Positions 58,065 through 64,000 of a stretch of DNA of 64,000 nt are shown here, in pieces (within the stretch, counting starts at the first letter, position 1; each line of letters begins with the position of its first letter). Where the stretch lies: assembly GCA_963727775.1 (NCBI GenBank), contig CAVSHB010000002.1, forward strand, positions 768,001 to 832,000. Reading direction: 5' to 3'. The notes under the pieces were generated by a model, which saw only the letters and a program-made list of their open reading frames with translations, was not told the origin of the DNA and did no database searches. Both the position numbers and the translations under genes were made by a program. This DNA comes from an uncultured Nitrospiraceae bacterium. Its GTDB lineage: Bacteria > Nitrospirota > Thermodesulfovibrionia > Thermodesulfovibrionales > SM23-35.

Positions 58065-58362
58065 TTCAAATAATGAGAAGATTGACAGGCTTATTGCAAC
58101 TGCGCGGAAAGCCGCGCCATACAGAACGGAAATGGAGAACGGATTTGAAACCCGCCTGATGGCGAATATCCGGGCTAAGCGTGAACGTCAGTCGCCGTTT
58201 CTTATATGGGAGTGGCGACTCATTCCTGTTTTTGTTTCTATTGTTATCTTCCTGGGGATTTGGGTCTATTCATCAAGATATAGTTCCATGCCTGATCTGA
58301 GTGCGATAACCGGGCTTGGCAGCGAAGAGACCACTATGGTGGCTTTTTTAACAGGTGAATGA
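58054..58362 (+). CDS. Putative membrane anti-sigma factor
   Basis: Single TM segment; overlaps the ECF stop; GGAGG RBS before ATG 58054. Confidence 0.65.
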   Translation: METDSNNEKIDRLIATARKAAPYRTEMENGFETRLMANIRAKRERQSPFLIWEWRLIPVFVSIVIFLGIWVYSSRYSSMPDLSAITGLGSEETTMVAFLTGE

Positions 58363-58753
58363 GATGAAAAAATGGAAAGCGATAATCAGCGTCATACTTA
58401 TATTCCTGCTTGGTTCACTGGCGGGCGCATTGGTAACGCACAAAATTTACCAGCACAGGATAGGTAGCATTCTTAAAGGTGAAACGAGGCCGATGAGTGA
58501 AATGATAGTCCGGAGGCTGGACCATGAGCTGCATCTTGACCCAACCCAGTTGGAACAGTTGCGTGCGATAGTGAAGGAGACACATGAAGAAATGAAGAAT
58601 GTTCGCAGGCAATTCAGACCCCAGACAGAACAGATCTTCGCTCGTTCTCAGAACAGAATCCGGGCGATATTGCGTCCTGATCAGCTTGAGAAGTATGAAA
58701 AGATAATCGCGGAACGAAAGAAGAGAAGGGAGAACGATGAGAACAGTAAATAA
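58355..58753 (+). CDS. Periplasmic heavy-metal-sensor/CpxP-like protein
   Basis: TM leader; ELHLDPTQ and ILRPDQ (LTxxQ-like) motifs. Confidence 0.7.
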   Translation: MNEMKKWKAIISVILIFLLGSLAGALVTHKIYQHRIGSILKGETRPMSEMIVRRLDHELHLDPTQLEQLRAIVKETHEEMKNVRRQFRPQTEQIFARSQNRIRAILRPDQLEKYEKIIAERKKRRENDENSK

Positions 58754-59137
58754 CTATTGAACCCGTTTTCGTTGGCAGCTGCTCTCCAGTGCGTGTTTTA
58801 TATTCAATAAAACCTTATCTCTTTCGAGCGGCTTTTCGATGTATCTACACGCTCCCTTTCGAACTGCTTCTTTAATTGAAAACATATCACCGAAAGCAGA
58901 CATGATAATTATTTCCGGTGCATACGTTTGAGAGCTGAGCCTTTTCATGAGGTCTATTCCGTCCATCTCTTTCATGAAAAAATCCGTCATGACTAGATCA
59001 AACTTTAATCTCTTTGCAAGACTTAATGCTTCCTCAGCCGATAGTGCAACATGAGTCTCGTATCCTTCATCCGAAAGGATGACTTTGAGGATATTCGCCT
59101 GCAAAGGATCATCGTCCACAATAAGAATAACTGCCAT
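58754..59137 (-). CDS. Single-domain response regulator
   Basis: IVDDD, TD, MSA and KP receiver motifs. Confidence 0.88.
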   Translation of the reverse strand: MAVILIVDDDPLQANILKVILSDEGYETHVALSAEEALSLAKRLKFDLVMTDFFMKEMDGIDLMKRLSSQTYAPEIIIMSAFGDMFSIKEAVRKGACRYIEKPLERDKVLLNIKHALESSCQRKRVQ

Positions 59138-59227
59138 AAGAAATCTCCTCTTAAGTCAGATCGTCGCTCTGTCATTTCAAATTCACTTCCATAAAAGCGC
59201 CCCCATGTATAAAGAAAGGCTCTTAAT

Positions 59228-60861
59228 CCTAAAAAAAGCAGTTAGAGATCATGCCACACCAGTTTGAGGGAGCAATTTCCCTGAATTTATGTTCAAAGGG
59301 CCGATGATTTTTCTAAAAGCATGCATTGCTACAATCCTCATCCGCTCAGCGATATTCAACTGCTCCGCAGTGGTCCTAATATCCCCGAGGAACAGTGATA
59401 GTCGTAACAATGCTCCCCGCACCTTTTCAGCCTTTGCATGAGGACTGGTAATAGTCAGAAAAGTCTGTCCCCCATGTTTTGTCTGTTTCGCAACTGCGTG
59501 TAACAGCAACGGTCTGCTCGTTATTGCCTCATGATGTTTATTTGGATTGGCCAGGCGCACAAACAGCGACCACCAGTTATATACAAGAGCTACCATGCGA
59601 CTAATCATGCGGCATCGCTTCAAATCCTTTGTCGTATATCCGCCCCAGCCCCACTGATTCTTTAACTCGTCAAAGATATTTTCACTGTCTGCACGATCCC
59701 GGTAATGCTGTGCAATACTTGATACCTCATCAGAAAGAGAAGTCACCAGCACCGTGTACTCATACTTAGCCACTCCCCCTTGTGTCTCGATGAAACTCAT
59801 CTCCATTTGATCTTTCCCTTTTTTCTGCAAAAGAATATCCCCAGGTATAGGTCGGCGCAGCACGATCACCCGGCGACTACGGCTCCACCCAAATAACTTC
59901 AGCTCTGACTCCATTCCATAGTATCCGGCACCGGCTTTTACCCATTCTTCCATCTCAAACATTCTCTCGATCAATCTTTTTACATTCTTCGTAATCCTCA
60001 GCTTTGTGACATAATGTATACTACGTTTTTCTGCCTCTGATAACACTCCCTCTACTCCAAACGCTATATCTCCACGGATGAAGGCCGGCCGATTATCCCG
60101 GGGAATACTCTCTACCAATTCCCATAATCCAGCCGTGCTGTGACTCGATGCGGTCTCATTGCCCGCCTTCACTTCTACCTTTAACGCTAATCGTGTGTTT
60201 GCCATAAAATAACTGTGGTAACTGTGTGAGGGCCGCCCAGGTTTCTTAGGATTATATCCCACAACTGCCCCCTCTTGTTTGCCATACAGACACTTTACCG
60301 TCGTGTCCGTATCAAGTATCCAGGAGGGGCCTGATACTGCCGATAATACAGGCATCGTGCAGCGTGCAAGCTCTGATTCAAGCCATTGTATCCCAGTCCC
60401 TTCTTCTATCTGCAATAAGGCCCGACGCGCCGCATCTTCACTGATTATCTTATCCATCCCCAATAACTCGGGATTCACTCCATCACTTCGTATCGCTGCG
60501 ATATGTGCATATCGCTTATGTCCCGCAAGTATCGAAAGCATGAGAGTGCCTAACACGTTTCTCTTCTTCGGCGCATTCGGGCTGCTATAGGAGAGGGGAC
60601 ACTCTTTTACAAAGGAATCAAACAACCCGCTGACTTTCAGAAATTCTATGAAAAATGGCAACTGCCCCAATGGGGTAACAGCTGCATCAGGGTCCCATTC
60701 TACGTGTATCTTCCCCGCATATGTATCAATTCCTACTGAGTTGCTCCTTGCTATCGCACGCCGTTTTGCCTCACCCATTAGGTGAACCCTCCTGCCACTC
60801 TTTTTCCGTTTATTATTGCATGCTTCGCCCCTTATGTGTATCCCGTACCGCTTTTTTTAGG
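59228..60861 (-). mobile_element. IS1380-family insertion sequence (1634 bp)
   Basis: TIRs CCTAAAAAAAGC(A/G)GT at both ends; 5-bp TTAAT duplication at 59223-59227 and 60862-60866. Confidence 0.88.
59249..60778 (-). CDS. IS1380-like DDE transposase
   Basis: ILDTDTT, IRGD and YRDRADSENIFDELK motifs. Confidence 0.9.
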   Translation of the reverse strand: MGEAKRRAIARSNSVGIDTYAGKIHVEWDPDAAVTPLGQLPFFIEFLKVSGLFDSFVKECPLSYSSPNAPKKRNVLGTLMLSILAGHKRYAHIAAIRSDGVNPELLGMDKIISEDAARRALLQIEEGTGIQWLESELARCTMPVLSAVSGPSWILDTDTTVKCLYGKQEGAVVGYNPKKPGRPSHSYHSYFMANTRLALKVEVKAGNETASSHSTAGLWELVESIPRDNRPAFIRGDIAFGVEGVLSEAEKRSIHYVTKLRITKNVKRLIERMFEMEEWVKAGAGYYGMESELKLFGWSRSRRVIVLRRPIPGDILLQKKGKDQMEMSFIETQGGVAKYEYTVLVTSLSDEVSSIAQHYRDRADSENIFDELKNQWGWGGYTTKDLKRCRMISRMVALVYNWWSLFVRLANPNKHHEAITSRPLLLHAVAKQTKHGGQTFLTITSPHAKAEKVRGALLRLSLFLGDIRTTAEQLNIAERMRIVAMHAFRKIIGPLNINSGKLLPQTGVA

Positions 60862-60871
60862 TTAATAGAAG

Positions 60872-60907
60872 TGGCAGCCAGTCTATTAGGGGGGAGACTG
60901 GCTGCCA
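60872..60907. terminator. Strong hairpin, possible terminator of the 61028-61573 gene
   Basis: TGGCAGCCAGTCT / AGACTGGCTGCCA 13-bp stem. Confidence 0.5.
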
Positions 60908-61027
60908 GGCAAATGAGGCAATTCAAAGATTATGGGGTTAAACCATCTTTGCCTCTGGACTCCAAAAAATATCTGTTATTTCGATAGCATAGTCTTCAGT
61001 TTGCAAATTCTTAAGAAGATTCCATCT

Positions 61028-61573
61028 TCAATGGTGCACATGCCCTTTTTCCGGCTTCACCCGCTCTTTTTGTTCGCAAGATGGATACATTCCCATCCCA
61101 TCGTGTTCCCATCTCCCGTGTTTCTTTAAATTTCTTTTAAATTTCTTTTTTTGTTCGGGCGTCAATTGCGACTTGACCTCCTCAATCGCTTTTATGCGCG
61201 ATAAGCGTATATCTGTAACTATCGCGGCTATCTGATTCAACTTTGTCTCAACTCCATTCATATCCACCGGATCTTTATGAAGGATTTCCTTCAATTCTAC
61301 TCTGGCAATCTGGAGATCAGCCCTTTTCCTGATAGTATCCTTCCTCACCTTACTTTCGATCTCCTTTATCGCGTCTTCTTGTTTTTCATTAAGGTCGAGT
61401 CCTTTGAACTGCCTCCATATATGGGTCTCAGCCCACATCATCCTTCCCATGTCCCGGTGTTTCATTCCTGCCTTCATGGGCATCCCATCTCCGCACATCT
61501 CAGCAAACGAATTCTGTGATGCAAAGACCAAGAACAGAAAACCCAAACACAAACTGCTTAAGATCCTTTTCAT
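61028..61573 (-). CDS. Spy/CpxP-family periplasmic chaperone
   Basis: Signal peptide; LDLNEKQ and LTPEQ motifs; Met/His-rich ends. Confidence 0.85.
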   Translation of the reverse strand: MKRILSSLCLGFLFLVFASQNSFAEMCGDGMPMKAGMKHRDMGRMMWAETHIWRQFKGLDLNEKQEDAIKEIESKVRKDTIRKRADLQIARVELKEILHKDPVDMNGVETKLNQIAAIVTDIRLSRIKAIEEVKSQLTPEQKKKFKRNLKKHGRWEHDGMGMYPSCEQKERVKPEKGHVHH

Positions 61574-61651
61574 ATAAACCTCCTTTCATTTTTCCCGGAA
61601 TTCCGGATAAATCTTAGGTGTGCCTACCTCTTAGGCTCCTTCTTTAATTTA

Positions 61652-61680
61652 AAGACGATGAGTACAGGAGGATGGTTACA
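61652..61680 (-). promoter_or_regulatory. Putative ECF sigma promoter
   Basis: Minus strand TGTAACC-N16-CGTCTT upstream of the Spy/CpxP gene. Confidence 0.7.
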
Positions 61681-61849
61681 TCCCCAAATGATGCGCAAGG
61701 CAGCAGAGGACCACGCGGTGGTCGCTCACGAGGGTTTTACAAATTATATAGGAGATGTTGTATTATATGAATCTGAGGATGAGGGAAAATTAAGGTGAAA
61801 AGTATCCTAAATAATACAGGCTCATCTATGTCCTTTTAAGGCCGGTTCC

Positions 61850-63223
61850 ATGGGTGAAGAAACGGGAATAACACCGATGTCATACCGGGCATGGTTTCAG
61901 TGTATCAACGACGAGTGCAGGGCTAACTATCCTCTCAATTCGATTATTTATCGTTGTGAGACTTGCGGCTCGCTGCTGGAAGTGCGGCACGACCTCCAGG
62001 CCCTTGCGCAACGCGACTCCAAGGCATGGATGAAGCTGTTTGAGGACCGCTACAAATCCAATGAGTGGCCCTTCGGCTCCGGCGTATGGGGGAAAAAGGA
62101 ATGGGTCCTGCCGCAGATCGCGAACGAAAACATAGTCTCATTGTACGAGGGCGGCACCAACCTTTTCTGGGCGGAGAGGTTCGGCAAAATACTTGGTCTG
62201 GAGGACCTCTGGGTCAAGCTCTGCGGCAACTCCCACAGCGGCTCGTTTAAGGACCTCGGCATGACAGTGCTGGTATCTCAGGTCAAACAGATGATAAGCG
62301 AAGGCGCGCCGATACAGGCCGTTGCCTGCGCGTCCACAGGAGACACCTCCGCCGCTTTGGCTGTTTACTGCGCTGCTGCCGGCATTCAGTCTGTTGTATT
62401 ACTCCCGAAGGGTAAGATCTCGATCGCGCAGCTCGTCCAGCCGATCGCCAATGGCTCATTGGTATTATCGCTGGACACCGACTTCGACGGCTGCATGCGG
62501 GTCGTCCAGGAAATTACTAAGGATGAGACGATCTACCTGGCGAATTCGATGAACTCTTTACGCATTGAAGGACAGAAGACCGTCGGCGTTGAGATCGTCC
62601 AGCAGTTTGACTGGGAGACCCCTGACGTGATCATTATCCCCGGCGGTAACCTCGGGAATGTTTCTGCGCTCGGCAACGGCATGCTTATGATGCGTGATCT
62701 CGGTTTAATAACCAGGCTGCCGCGCATCGTTGTCGCCCAGGCCGAGCGGGCTAATCCGCTGTACCGTTCATACCTGAATAACTTCGAGACCTTCGAGCCG
62801 ATGGAGGCACAGAAGACACTGGCCAGCGCAATACAGATCGGCAATCCGGTCAGCATAAAGAAGGCCATCCGCACGCTGAAGCAGTTCAGCGGCATTGTCG
62901 AGCAGGCAACGGAACAGGAACTGGCCGATGCCGCTGCGCTCGGCGACACCGCCGGTATGTTTAATTGTCCTCACACCGGAGTCGCCCTGGCAGCTTTGAT
63001 CAAACTGCTTAAGGCAGGCAAGATTGACAAGTCCGAACGCGTTGTGGTCATTTCGACGGCGCACGGGCTGAAGTTCACCGACTTCAAGGTCCGCTACCAC
63101 GAAGAGGCCCTGGAATTCACGTGCCGCTTCGCCAATAAACCGATCGAGCTGCCGCCCCGCGTGGATGCGGTCAAGGAAGCTCTCCGGCAAGCTCTGCAGC
63201 AAAGGAGAAATACTAATGTCTAA
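61850..63223 (+). CDS. thrC: Threonine synthase
   Basis: SFKD PLP lysine, CASTGDTS and PGGNLGN motifs; start may be ATG 61877. Confidence 0.93.
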   Translation: MGEETGITPMSYRAWFQCINDECRANYPLNSIIYRCETCGSLLEVRHDLQALAQRDSKAWMKLFEDRYKSNEWPFGSGVWGKKEWVLPQIANENIVSLYEGGTNLFWAERFGKILGLEDLWVKLCGNSHSGSFKDLGMTVLVSQVKQMISEGAPIQAVACASTGDTSAALAVYCAAAGIQSVVLLPKGKISIAQLVQPIANGSLVLSLDTDFDGCMRVVQEITKDETIYLANSMNSLRIEGQKTVGVEIVQQFDWETPDVIIIPGGNLGNVSALGNGMLMMRDLGLITRLPRIVVAQAERANPLYRSYLNNFETFEPMEAQKTLASAIQIGNPVSIKKAIRTLKQFSGIVEQATEQELADAAALGDTAGMFNCPHTGVALAALIKLLKAGKIDKSERVVVISTAHGLKFTDFKVRYHEEALEFTCRFANKPIELPPRVDAVKEALRQALQQRRNTNV

Positions 63224-64000
63224 AAAATCATCAAGCGCGAGGAATTGGAAACCTGCTACACTCGCAATTCACGGCTTAGGCCGTACCCCTAAAGCTCATT
63301 ACGCGGTCTCAACGCCGATTGTACAGACCTCCAACTACTACTTCGATTCCACGGCCCAGGTGCTGGAGTTTATGAAGGCCAAGAGCAAGGGACGGGTGGT
63401 ACGTGAACACGAATACGGCCGCTACGGAAACCCGACACAGCAGGAATGCGAAAGGAAACTGGCGGCTATCGAGGGCGCTGAGCGGGCACTGCTTTTCTCT
63501 ACCGGCATGAGCGCGGTGATCCTGACTATATTGGCATACATGCGGCGCGACGGCCACATCATATTCACCAACGACTGCTACCGCCAGACGCGCGATTTTG
63601 CGACGAACATGCTGTCCGAGTTCGGGATACAGGTCTCTTTGGTAGACCCGAATGCCGGGGCCATCGCCGAAGCGATCCGGCCCAATACCAACATCATCTT
63701 TACAGAATCACCGACCAATCCATACCTGCGTGTGATGGACATCCCCGCGGTTGTAAAAGTCGCAAAGAAGCACGGCGCGATGACCATCATTGACGCTACC
63801 ATGGCCACGCCGTACAACATCAAGCCGATAGAATTGGGTGTGGACATCGTTGTGCACTCCGCCACCAAGTATCTCGGCGGCCACAACGACTTATTGGCCG
63901 GAGTTGCCCTCGGCGGGCACAACATGCTGAACAGCCTTAACCGTATACAGCGGATGATCGGCGCAACCCCCGGACCGTTCACCTGCTTTCTGCTCGAAAG
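63216..64000 (+). CDS. Cystathionine gamma-synthase-family PLP enzyme (partial, runs off the window)
   Basis: [27 protein letters not shown] and [12 protein letters not shown] motifs; absent from the ORF track because it has no stop. Confidence 0.88.
   Translation, partial: MSKKSSSARNWKPATLAIHGLGRTPKAHYAVSTPIVQTSNYYFDSTAQVLEFMKAKSKGRVVREHEYGRYGNPTQQECERKLAAIEGAERALLFSTGMSAVILTILAYMRRDGHIIFTNDCYRQTRDFATNMLSEFGIQVSLVDPNAGAIAEAIRPNTNIIFTESPTNPYLRVMDIPAVVKVAKKHGAMTIIDATMATPYNIKPIELGVDIVVHSATKYLGGHNDLLAGVALGGHNMLNSLNRIQRMIGATPGPFTCFLLE

Noticed and set aside
63309..63982. Minus-strand ORFs at the window end
   Set aside because: Shadows of the plus-strand cystathionine gamma-synthase-like gene starting at 63216

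Overview
A 64-kb bacterial chromosomal window; gene content suggests an anaerobic Gram-negative organism, possibly Nitrospirota/Thermodesulfovibrionia-like (inference only). Housekeeping genes (glyS, tsaB, tamB/BamA-family/SurA-like, dusB, pyrE, rimI, eno, nfo, lpxC, mtnP, yebC, glmU, glmS, UvrD/PcrA, gatC, panD, thrC, partial cystathionine gamma-synthase) alternate with accessory patches. The standout is a cluster at 36.1-41.2 kb: three fluoride (crcB-class) riboswitch-like aptamers sit in series, in front of a cation:proton antiporter plus universal stress protein, a dynamin-like GTPase, and enolase. No Fluc/CrcB or CLC-F exporter is visible in the window. Other notable items: two dispersed structured repeat families (a 138-bp identical pair and three ~140-bp inverted-repeat copies); a HUH/RAYT transposase with long terminal inverted repeats joining a truncated tyrosine integrase to toxin-antitoxin genes and an attC-like site; a decayed toxin-antitoxin/restriction-modification mosaic; three unannotated small proteins; three sigma54-type promoters; a shared ECF promoter motif; and an intact IS1380-family element with a target duplication. 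No rRNA, tRNA or CRISPR array was seen. All calls come from reading the sequence; no database searches were run.
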